Origin: a virus
Direction: 5' to 3' (one strand)
DNA length: 34,841 nucleotides
IMG/VR virus record: IMGVR_UViG_3300012964_000008
Location: 1-34,841 of that record
Of this stretch, positions 8,007 through 14,442 are shown one piece after another. Made by a program: the position numbers and the translations under genes. The notes beneath the pieces are model-generated. The model was not told the origin of the DNA and searched no databases. It was given only the letters and a program-made list of their open reading frames with translations. Within the stretch, counting starts at the first letter, position 1. The number at the start of each line of letters is the position of its first letter.

Positions 8007-8326
8007 CCACCTAAACCATCTGACGTGATATGGTCGCCATCGGGTGTGAACCACCCTCCCAGGCCATCCGATGAGTAATGGCCCTCGGGAGCGTGATAGC
8101 CGCCCAGCCCATCGGATGAGATGTGCCCCCGGTCTGTGTGCCATCCGCCCAGGCCGTCAGACGACATATGGCCTCCATTCGGGGTGTAATAGCCTCCCAA
8201 CCCGTCCGACCTGTAGTGGCCCTCGCTGGTATAGTACCCACCGAGTCCATCCGAAGTGATATGATCCGCTGCCGAGCAGACCGGAAGGGCGAGCAAAAAC
8301 AGAATCAAGATCGCCGATCGTTTCAT
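7994..8326 (-). CDS. Secreted repeat protein (110 aa): Sec signal peptide plus six SDGLGG-aromatic repeats
   Basis: The ATG at 8326 overlaps the upstream stop (ATGA), and AGGAGG lies upstream. MKRSAILILFLLALPVCSA is followed by six units of H-x-x-SDGLGG-[YW]-[YHFW]-[TA]-x-x-G with a 15 to 16-aa period. Confidence 0.7.
   Translation of the reverse strand: MKRSAILILFLLALPVCSAADHITSDGLGGYYTSEGHYRSDGLGGYYTPNGGHMSSDGLGGWHTDRGHISSDGLGGYHAPEGHYSSDGLGGWFTPDGDHITSDGLGGWWK
7997..8263 (-). repeat. In-frame 45/48-nt coding tandem repeats (SDGLGG units)
   Basis: The six SDGLGG hexapeptides use different synonymous codons (for example tccgatggcctgggaggg, tcggacgggttgggaggc, tcagatggtttaggtgga). The repeat is therefore kept at the peptide level. 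Confidence 0.85.
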
Positions 8327-8877
8327 CTTCCATCCTCCTTTATCGAACTCCCCATGAAGAATGCGGTCCTTGAATCCTCTTCTTCCTCTCTGAACTTCGC
8401 CATTGGTACATCCCGTATTAGCCTTACCAGGGGTATATTTCCGTCCTTCGTCGCCTCCATGATCGCCAGCCATTTCTGCTTGTAGGCCATACATTCCTTG
8501 TGGCTTGGCTTATCTGGGGTGGCGACATGATCAAAAACTAAAGCACGACTTCCCCACTGTGCATGCCCCCAATCCTCAAGTGGAGATTTCCGGTAAATCG
8601 CCTGACCACAATAGCCGCATTCCCGCATTTCCACCTCTTGCAGGGATACGGGGTATCCGTCCTTATTGAGTTGCACGTTGACTCCCATGATTCGGGGGAT
8701 GGGCATTGCAGCGTGATCCTTGTCCAAGTCTCTATCTACATGAACTAAACGGACAGGCTCATATCGATCACCGACCCTGTGCTTCTCGAAGTAAGCAGGT
8801 TTCCCGCATCGAAGGCAGCCGTAAAGCTGTCCGTGATCCTCTCCTTCATCCTCTTCACGGCTCTTTTTTCTCGGCAT
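8323..8877 (-). CDS. Hypothetical zinc-ribbon protein (184 aa)
   Basis: CLRC (N-terminal) and CGYC pairs, with acidic termini. GGAGGAAAC lies upstream of the ATG at 8877. Confidence 0.6.
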   Translation of the reverse strand: MPRKKSREEDEGEDHGQLYGCLRCGKPAYFEKHRVGDRYEPVRLVHVDRDLDKDHAAMPIPRIMGVNVQLNKDGYPVSLQEVEMRECGYCGQAIYRKSPLEDWGHAQWGSRALVFDHVATPDKPSHKECMAYKQKWLAIMEATKDGNIPLVRLIRDVPMAKFREEEEDSRTAFFMGSSIKEDGR

Positions 8878-9640
8878 CTTCTGTTTCCTCCAACGTGTAG
8901 GTCCTCCTCGGCCCTTGCCCCAGATATTCGTCGAAATGGCTTTCCCGGTATAGAGTGCTCGGCCTTAGAAACTTTCGCATCTTCTCGTCGTCCTTCCACT
9001 CGGCGAGCTTGTTTCTATGTACATTCCAAAAATCCTCCGGCTTCTTTCCTTGGCTTATGAGCTTATCAATAAAGGATTGGATGGTTTTGCTGTTGGGGTC
9101 GTAGTTTCCAGAGGGCAGGCCGTCCCTCCGTTTTTCCTTCTTTGCTTCTTTGAGGAGATCATTAAGGTCTTCGACGATTTCTCGATATATGGTTTCCCTC
9201 ACACTCCCTTCCATTCCACTTCCCTTCTTATCCCTTCCCTTCCCTTCCAGAGCGAATGATAGTGGAACGTTCGTCGAACATTCGTCGAATGGTTGTGGAA
9301 TTGGCTGCGGAGGTTCGGGATACAAGGATTTGCGGGCCTTGTCTATTTTTTGATGATCCTTCCAAGAAGGAAAGCAAGCGTACCGAGTTCCATCTACGGT
9401 ATAAAGGTAAACGAGATGCAAGGATTGAATTTCCTGGATGGCATTTTCTATTTGTTGCAAAGTCACCGTTCTATGATACCCAAAACACCATGCCGCTATC
9501 TGCCTCGGATCACATGGAAGTCGTCCTTCGTCGTCGGCTTGGGTAAGCATCCCCACCCAAATCCGAAACGCTCGATCTGATAACTTGCCCACTTTTCGAT
9601 GCTGCAAGGCATCCGGCTTTATCGTCCTGATTCGGGCCAT
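8855..9640 (-). CDS. Replisome organizer / DnaD-like replication initiation protein
   Basis: ATG at 9640 after GGAGGAGG. N-terminal ARIRTIKPDALQHRKVGKLSDRAFRIWVGMLTQADDEGRL is a winged-helix N-domain common in phage replication proteins. C-terminal KFLRPSTLYRESHFDEYLGQ matches the phage replisome-organizer C-terminal motif (..ylrP.TLF...F..Yl.q). Confidence 0.7.
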   Translation of the reverse strand: MARIRTIKPDALQHRKVGKLSDRAFRIWVGMLTQADDEGRLPCDPRQIAAWCFGYHRTVTLQQIENAIQEIQSLHLVYLYTVDGTRYACFPSWKDHQKIDKARKSLYPEPPQPIPQPFDECSTNVPLSFALEGKGRDKKGSGMEGSVRETIYREIVEDLNDLLKEAKKEKRRDGLPSGNYDPNSKTIQSFIDKLISQGKKPEDFWNVHRNKLAEWKDDEKMRKFLRPSTLYRESHFDEYLGQGPRRTYTLEETEDAEKKEP

Positions 9641-9650
9641 CACCTCCTCC

Positions 9651-9851
9651 CTATTTCTTTGACGTTCTGTTAAACCATCGCAGCCAGGAAGCCCATTTTT
9701 TGTCTACTGGTTTCTCCTCCTTCGGCTCTCTCCACTTCTCGCTCCCGCACCGGGGGCAGGATCGAGGGATGATAGTTGCTGGCTCCCCCTTCTTCCTCCG
9801 CGCAAACCACGGCCAGCCGCATTGCTTGCACTTTAACAGTTGGCGTTCCAT
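9651..9851 (-). CDS. Zinc-ribbon protein (66 aa), paralog of 14443..14661
   Basis: CKQCGWPWFARRKK...SCPRCGSEKW aligns with CLRCGWIWFPRQKK...ACPKCGSRKW of the plus-strand gene. The ATG directly follows the upstream stop. Confidence 0.65.
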   Translation of the reverse strand: MERQLLKCKQCGWPWFARRKKGEPATIIPRSCPRCGSEKWREPKEEKPVDKKWASWLRWFNRTSKK

Positions 9852-9992
9852 CTAAGCCCCCTTTCCCAAGACTTTTTCCAGTTTCTCCAATCGAGCGAGC
9901 TTCGCATTGATCTTCTGCCGGTATTTCTTCCGCCATCTGCGGGCTGCCGCGTCTTGCTCTTCTTTAGTGAAATACATCTTCTTTCTGCCCAT
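9852..9992 (-). CDS. Small basic protein (46 aa), first gene of the leftward operon and a possible regulator
   Basis: Only the 3' part of track ORF 9852..10286 is accepted. ATG at 9992 after AAGGTGGTGA. MGRKKMYFTKEEQDAAARRWRKKYRQKINAKLARLEKLEKVLGKGA is basic and helical. Confidence 0.5.
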   Translation of the reverse strand: MGRKKMYFTKEEQDAAARRWRKKYRQKINAKLARLEKLEKVLGKGA

Positions 9993-10014
9993 GCTATCAC
10001 CACCTTTCGAATAT

Positions 10015-10043
10015 AAGATAATCCTTTCTAATCCTCTTGTCAA
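10015..10043 (-). promoter_or_regulatory. Leftward sigma70-type promoter (TTGACA-17-TATCTT)
   Basis: On the minus strand, TTGACA is at 10038..10043 and TATCTT at 10015..10020, with a 17-nt spacer. The SD and ATG of the 46-aa gene follow within about 25 nt. Confidence 0.55.
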
Positions 10044-10081
10044 TATTTTTTTTACCCTCCCCTGCATTTTTCTATTGACAA
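10037..10081. promoter_or_regulatory. 9-bp perfect inverted repeat spanning both -35 boxes (candidate operator pair)
   Basis: TTGTCAATA (10037..10045) and TATTGACAA (10073..10081) are separated by 27 nt. Each arm contains the -35 hexamer of one of the divergent promoters. Confidence 0.6.
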
Positions 10082-10103
10082 ACCATGAACTCCCGTCTAT
10101 ATT
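10075..10103 (+). promoter_or_regulatory. Rightward early promoter (TTGACA-17-TATATT)
   Basis: TTGACA at 10075..10080, a 17-nt spacer, then TATATT at 10098..10103. GAAAGGAGAAAG and the ATG at 10133 follow. The region is AT-rich (the line starting at 10021 counts 20 G+C of 60). Confidence 0.7.
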
Positions 10104-10132
10104 GTATTCGGAGGCTGAGAAAGGAGAAAGAA

Positions 10133-10366
10133 ATGAGACAAGAGGAGAATAGATTGGCAAGGATGTTAGCAGGAAAGCACGCCTTGGATGCTTTAATCTT
10201 CTTGGAAGTGGCTTATTACACAGCACCATGCGGAAGCCATCTCCAAAAACTATTGCTGGAGGCGCGGATAGCGGTGCAAAAGCCAATAGAATACCTCATG
10301 CAATTTGGTTGGGAAAATGAGGAGGAGCCATGTCCAATGGTAACGAGCGACTCCGAAATGACTTAG
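10133..10366 (+). CDS. Early hypothetical protein (77 aa)
   Basis: ATG at 10133 after AAGGAGAAAG. The track start at 10085 lies inside the promoter and is rejected. Acidic C-terminus ENEEEPCPMVTSDSEMT. Confidence 0.6.
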   Translation: MRQEENRLARMLAGKHALDALIFLEVAYYTAPCGSHLQKLLLEARIAVQKPIEYLMQFGWENEEEPCPMVTSDSEMT

Positions 10367-10566
10367 GCCAGTTCCGCGCCCCCTTAGAGCCGGGTACTAT
10401 TCCAGTCCTCCAATCCCATGCTAACCGCGTCTTTCTTCTAATGGATCAGCTTCGGGATCAAATTGGGCTACGGAGGGCGGTGGCAGAATGGGAGATAGAA
10501 AGACTAAGGCGGGAGATTAAAGAAAGAGAGGAGGTATTAAATGCCCTCAGAACGAAAATGGTTTGA
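10330..10566 (+). CDS. Early hypothetical coiled-coil protein (78 aa)
   Basis: GAGGAGGAG precedes the ATG at 10330. It overlaps the previous gene by 37 nt. Confidence 0.55.
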   Translation: MSNGNERLRNDLGQFRAPLEPGTIPVLQSHANRVFLLMDQLRDQIGLRRAVAEWEIERLRREIKEREEVLNALRTKMV

Positions 10567-10726
10567 AGATGATGACCTTGCAGTCGGCCCCCACACTTGC
10601 CCCGAATGTGGTAGGGATTGCTATTGTAATATGCTTCCTTGTTGTTGGCATGATTGCGATGCCGAGGGCCGCGACGAAGGTGGCGGAGTAGGAGAGGGTG
10701 TATTGAGAGATTCACTCTATCCATAA
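10541..10726 (+). CDS. Early Cys-rich protein (61 aa)
   Basis: GAGGAGG precedes the ATG. CPECGRDCYCNMLPCCWHDC cluster. Confidence 0.55.
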   Translation: MPSERKWFEDDDLAVGPHTCPECGRDCYCNMLPCCWHDCDAEGRDEGGGVGEGVLRDSLYP

Positions 10727-10738
10727 AAGGAAAATCCC

Positions 10739-10921
10739 ATGAAATGTAATAAATGCGGAGAATCGTTTGATTGGATTGTGGCCCAAGGCTTGATGGTTGA
10801 CTTAGGGACTAAAGTATTTCCAGATCCTCGCCAATGTGCTGGAGGTGGAGAGCATGATTTTATCCCGGATTACCAAGAAGAGGATAGGCGGGGGCATATA
10901 ATCTTAGGGGATGAGGTTTAG
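10739..10921 (+). CDS. Early zinc-ribbon-like protein (60 aa)
   Basis: MKCNKCGESF...QCAGGGEH. Weak SD. Confidence 0.5.
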   Translation: MKCNKCGESFDWIVAQGLMVDLGTKVFPDPRQCAGGGEHDFIPDYQEEDRRGHIILGDEV

Positions 10922-10923
10922 CC

Positions 10924-11082
10924 ATGACCTGCTCCTGCGACTCCAACCGTTTCCTGTTGACCCTCACTCCGGAGGGGAAATATCTCAATAAGTGTTGTAG
11001 ATGTCAGCGCGTGGAATTGCTGACCTATCAGCGGAGGAAGATAGACAAACCCCAAGAAGAGAAGGAGAAAGACTATGAGTGA
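10924..11082 (+). CDS. Early Cys-rich peptide (52 aa), below the track cutoff
   Basis: Hand translation gives MTCSCDSNRFLLTLTPEGKYLNKCCRCQRVELLTYQRRKIDKPQEEKEKDYE. It fills the gap between flanking genes and overlaps the next ATG by 8 nt. Confidence 0.45.
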   Translation: MTCSCDSNRFLLTLTPEGKYLNKCCRCQRVELLTYQRRKIDKPQEEKEKDYE

Positions 11083-11815
11083 AGAAGATAAGAAAGAAGA
11101 AAGTCAATCGCTACTTCTAACAACTGGAACCAAGCCCCAAGATATTATCGAAATGGCCAAGAATGCAGAACAATGGGTAACGGCCATGCAGAAGATCAAG
11201 GCTGCTGTCCTCAAACTCACCCATTCAGGAGATTGGGTAGATCAGGATGGGAAGCCATATCTCCAATCATCTGGAGCTGAGAAGTTGGCGGGACCTTTCG
11301 GCGTGAAGTCAAAATTCATCTATGAAGGAGGCCAGCCTAAAGTCTCAGCTTGGAAAGAGTCAGAATCGGGAGGCCATTATGCTTACCGAATCCCCATGAC
11401 TGTCAGCATAGGTAACTGTTCGATTGATGTGGTAGGGAAGAGGTCGAGTTCGGATGCCTTCTTTACCACCCATTACGGTTATGAAAATGGGGAGAGAAAG
11501 AAACTGGAGAGATCCGCCGAGGAAGTGGACGAAAACAATATCATCGGTTCCGCTATCTCGAACGGACTCGCCAATGGCATTTCTCGCATCCTGGGCCTGC
11601 GTAATTTGACATGGGAGGAGTTGAACGCTGCCGGAATACAGGCCAAGACAAAAGTGGCCTACAATGGCAAGAGGGAGCCTTCCACGGCCAAACCCGAAAA
11701 GGAGGGAGATCAGACGATTTCTGAGAACCAGAGTAAACGATTTTATGCTATGGCAAAGGGAAAGAATATCCCCGAAGCCAACTGGCGGGCATATCTCTTC
11801 GATATTATGAAGTAA
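11075..11815 (+). CDS. Putative single-strand annealing protein (Rad52/ERF-like). The C-terminal tail appears to continue in the -1 frame.
   Basis: 246 aa, directly upstream of two exonuclease-type genes. GKPYLQSSGAEKLAGPFGV and NNIIGSAISNGLANGISRILGL resemble annealase core elements. See the frameshift finding. Confidence 0.4.
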   Translation: MSEEDKKEESQSLLLTTGTKPQDIIEMAKNAEQWVTAMQKIKAAVLKLTHSGDWVDQDGKPYLQSSGAEKLAGPFGVKSKFIYEGGQPKVSAWKESESGGHYAYRIPMTVSIGNCSIDVVGKRSSSDAFFTTHYGYENGERKKLERSAEEVDENNIIGSAISNGLANGISRILGLRNLTWEELNAAGIQAKTKVAYNGKREPSTAKPEKEGDQTISENQSKRFYAMAKGKNIPEANWRAYLFDIMK

Positions 11816-11905
11816 AGGATACCCGCGAAATCAAGCGAAAGGATTATGATACCATCATCGCTTGGGTAGAGGCGGGAGGGGCAATGCCGCCGAAGGAGGA
11901 ATCTA

Positions 11906-12811
11906 ATGTTTGACATTGTAGCAGCCGTTGACGCGGCTAAATCCCGAAAGATCGAAGTCTGGCCCTGCCGATCTAACCGCGCCTCAAATATGGGCGATCC
12001 ATGCCTTCGCCGCCTTGTCTATGAACGCACATCCTGGCAGGCCAAGGCCCTCCATGATGTTGGTCTCCAGTACATCTTTGACTTGGGAAAGGAGCAGGAG
12101 AAGATAGTTTTGGACGACCTCCGAGAGGCGGGACTTGATGTCGTCGAACAGCAACGTCCCTTTGACTGGACTCAATATGAGATCAGTGGCCGGGTGGATT
12201 GCAAAATCTCCGTAAACGGTTCTACTATCCCCGTTGAAATCAAGGGTCTCTCCCCTTGGATTTGGGAATCCCTAAACTCCGTGGCCGATATGTTTGCAGC
12301 AAAGCAAGTATGGGCCAGGAAAATGCCCGCTCAGCTCACCCTCTATCTCCTCATGGACAATAAAGAGGAAGGGCTTTTCCTCTTCAAAAACAAGGTCACC
12401 GGGCGGCTGAAGCAAATCCCCATGTACATTGATTATTTATATGGGGAGGAACTTATTCGGAAGGCCGAGACAATCAACAAACACATGGCAAAGGATACCC
12501 TTCCTGACCGGACAACTGAGCAGGCCCTCTGCGAGGATTGCTCCTTTGCCCATATCTGTCTGCCAGAGATCAATCGGGAGGCGTCCCTGCTGATAGATGA
12601 GGAGATCGAGGGGATGCTTGACCAGCGGGGAAAACTGAAGGAGGCGGTTGCCGAATATGAGGAACTTGACAAGGAGATCAAGAAGCGGCTGGCCGAACGT
12701 CCAGAGACGATCATCGGAAACTGGATCTGTCGGGGGAAGTGGGTTGATAGAAAGGGCTACACGGTGGAGGAAGGGAAGCATTGGCAGATGTCGATAAGAG
12801 CGTTAAAATAG
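11906..12811 (+). CDS. Cas4-like PD-(D/E)XK exonuclease with 4Fe-4S Cys motif, copy 1
   Basis: 301 aa. N-terminal Cys (GDPCLRRLVY), GRVDC, VEIKG (ExK), QLTLY (QxxxY) and C-terminal CEDCSFAHIC (CxxCx5C). AAGGAGG precedes the ATG. Confidence 0.75.
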   Translation: MFDIVAAVDAAKSRKIEVWPCRSNRASNMGDPCLRRLVYERTSWQAKALHDVGLQYIFDLGKEQEKIVLDDLREAGLDVVEQQRPFDWTQYEISGRVDCKISVNGSTIPVEIKGLSPWIWESLNSVADMFAAKQVWARKMPAQLTLYLLMDNKEEGLFLFKNKVTGRLKQIPMYIDYLYGEELIRKAETINKHMAKDTLPDRTTEQALCEDCSFAHICLPEINREASLLIDEEIEGMLDQRGKLKEAVAEYEELDKEIKKRLAERPETIIGNWICRGKWVDRKGYTVEEGKHWQMSIRALK

Positions 12812-12813
12812 AA

Positions 12814-12916
12814 CATGGCGGCGGCGTAAGCAGCGTCGGGTTGAGTACAGACGGCCAAAGGTCTGCTCCTTGCAAGATGGCCAATCGGAGCCGGGTGGGG
12901 AATCCGGCCCGCCATG
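12814..12916 (+). repeat. GC-rich intergenic element A with 8-bp terminal inverted repeats
   Basis: CATGGCGGCGGCGTAAGC......GGCCCGCCATG. It begins 2 nt after the stop codon. The ends CATGGCGG and CCGCCATG are complementary. It shares blocks with element B. Confidence 0.8.
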
Positions 12917-12931
12917 CAGAAAGGAGAGGGG

Positions 12932-13141
12932 ATGGACGAAGATGAACGATTTGAGATCAAGGTGGAAGCATTCCGCCTGATGACAGGGCATGTGGCTCCA
13001 GGGAAAGATCCTCCTACGGGAAGCCATGCTGCGCCATATGAGGAACGGCAAAAGGCATGGGATGAATGGAGAAAGCGGAATGCATATTGCATAATCTGTA
13101 TGATAAGAGCGTTTGAAAAGTATATCGAAAGGATCAAATAG
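12932..13141 (+). CDS. Hypothetical protein (69 aa) between the two nucleases
   Basis: ATG at 12932 after AAAGGAGAGG; the track ATG at 12914 is part of element A. MDEDERFEIKVEAFRLMTGHVAPGKDPP...ERQKAWDEWRKRN. The 3' end repeats 12 nt of the nuclease-1 3' end. Confidence 0.55.
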   Translation: MDEDERFEIKVEAFRLMTGHVAPGKDPPTGSHAAPYEERQKAWDEWRKRNAYCIICMIRAFEKYIERIK

Positions 13142-13143
13142 CG

Positions 13144-13221
13144 CATGGCGGCGGCGTGAGCCGGAGGACGAAATGAGAAACCGCCGAGGAATGGCCGGAA
13201 GCCTGCCGCTCGGCCCGCCAT
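13144..13221 (+). repeat. GC-rich intergenic element B (second copy), followed by a T-run
   Basis: CATGGCGGCGGCGTGAGC......GGCCCGCCAT, then tgttttg. It again starts 2 nt after a TAG stop. The inner GCCGAG and CTCGGC can pair. Confidence 0.8.
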
Positions 13222-13243
13222 TGTTTTGAAAAAGGAGAAAGAA

Positions 13244-14287
13244 ATGGAAGCGACAGAAAAAGAGGAGTTCGATCTGGACATCCCGGCGGCGGTCGATACG
13301 GTCCGCCAGCGTCAGATCCAGGAAGGATTGACCAGGGGGGGTCATAGCAACCGCGCTTCGGACATGGGCCATCCCTGCACGCGGTATCTCGTCTATAACC
13401 GAACCCGGTGGCAGGAGCGATTGCCGCATTCCCTGGAACTGCAATACCGTTACGAGACAGGGAAGAAGGTCGAGCATAACATCCTCGATGATCTCAGGGG
13501 TGCCCGTCTGGATGTGATAGAGCAGCAGAGGCCCTATTATTGGCAGGAGTACGAGATCGGGGGCCATATCGATGGGAAGATCATTTATCGGGGCGTTTCC
13601 GTTCCCTTCGAGATCAAGAGCATGGTCTCCTGGTCGTGGGAGAGCGTGGATGGCCTAATGAACCTCCTGCAATCTCCTGCCTGGTTCATCCGCAAGATTC
13701 CCTACCAAGTATGGATCTATCTTGCCCTGGCTCGAAGGGAAGCGAACAAAATCCCGGTGGAAGGGGTTGCGCCCGACCTGGCGTTGATTCTCCTGGTGAA
13801 CAAGGATAATGAACGGATCAAACAGGTCCCGGTTCCCTGGTCTCCCGGTCCCGGTGGTCTGGACCAGTGGTTCGGGGAGAATATCCTCAAGCGGGCACTG
13901 GAGATCAACCAGCACGTTAGGCAGGGCACCCTTCCTGATCGGATCACCTGGATGGAAGCTTGCGAGGAATGTGGCTATTCTCACATTTGCGGAAATGCGC
14001 GGGTAGGAGAAGGCACGGTGATCTTCGATGCCGAACTGGAGAGCCTGCTGGACCGCAGGGGGGAGCTTCTCAAAGCGGACAAGGAATACAAGGAGGTCGA
14101 TGAGCAGGTCAAGGGGGAGTTGAAGCGGCGCGGCAGGCAGGAACTCATCGTGGGCAAATGGCACGTCAAGGGAACGGAGACCGAACGGGCGGCCTACATG
14201 GTCAACGCCCGGAGGTTCTGGACATTTCGGATCGAGGAGATGGGCAAGAAGGAGGGAAGATCGGATGAAACGTTGGCTTCTGTGTAA
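13244..14287 (+). CDS. Cas4-like PD-(D/E)XK exonuclease with 4Fe-4S Cys motif, copy 2 (paralog)
   Basis: 347 aa from the ATG at 13244 (AAAGGAGAAAG upstream; the track TTG at 13226 is rejected). GHPCTRYLVY, GHIDG, FEIKS, QVWIY and CEECGYSHIC. It aligns with copy 1 along its whole length. Confidence 0.75.
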   Translation: MEATEKEEFDLDIPAAVDTVRQRQIQEGLTRGGHSNRASDMGHPCTRYLVYNRTRWQERLPHSLELQYRYETGKKVEHNILDDLRGARLDVIEQQRPYYWQEYEIGGHIDGKIIYRGVSVPFEIKSMVSWSWESVDGLMNLLQSPAWFIRKIPYQVWIYLALARREANKIPVEGVAPDLALILLVNKDNERIKQVPVPWSPGPGGLDQWFGENILKRALEINQHVRQGTLPDRITWMEACEECGYSHICGNARVGEGTVIFDAELESLLDRRGELLKADKEYKEVDEQVKGELKRRGRQELIVGKWHVKGTETERAAYMVNARRFWTFRIEEMGKKEGRSDETLASV

Positions 14288-14426
14288 GATTCTGCGCTGG
14301 CACAGCTGGAAACCTACCAGTCCGCAGGACTTCTGGAGGACCAGGATGAACTGGCAATGCTCACTTTGTGGAATGAGAGTTCGGTATTGGAAAGATATTC
14401 CCAAGCGCCGGATCGATGCATACTAA
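14265..14426 (+). CDS. Small protein (53 aa), below the track cutoff
   Basis: Hand translation gives MKRWLLCKILRWHSWKPTSPQDFWRTRMNWQCSLCGMRVRYWKDIPKRRIDAY. AGGAGGGAAG precedes the ATG. It overlaps the nuclease-2 end by 23 nt. Confidence 0.45.
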   Translation: MKRWLLCKILRWHSWKPTSPQDFWRTRMNWQCSLCGMRVRYWKDIPKRRIDAY

Positions 14427-14442
14427 AAGGAGGTGAGGAACG

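Noticed and set aside
7997-8263. Regularly spaced DNA repeats that might suggest a CRISPR-like array or satellite. The same question applies to 30509..30973.
   Set aside because: Both sets are in-frame with long ORFs and encode peptide repeats (SDGLGG units and the units of about 22 aa). The repeat units differ at synonymous positions, and there are no unique spacers of constant length.
8006-8494. N-terminal extensions of track ORFs 7590..8144 and 7994..8494. The long forms of 4926..5537, 5114..5527 and 9852..10286 raise the same issue.
   Set aside because: The extensions overlap the preceding genes in another frame, have R/G/W-rich improbable composition, and start at non-ATG codons. Internal ATG or TTG starts with an SD or stop-start coupling give compact, sensible products.
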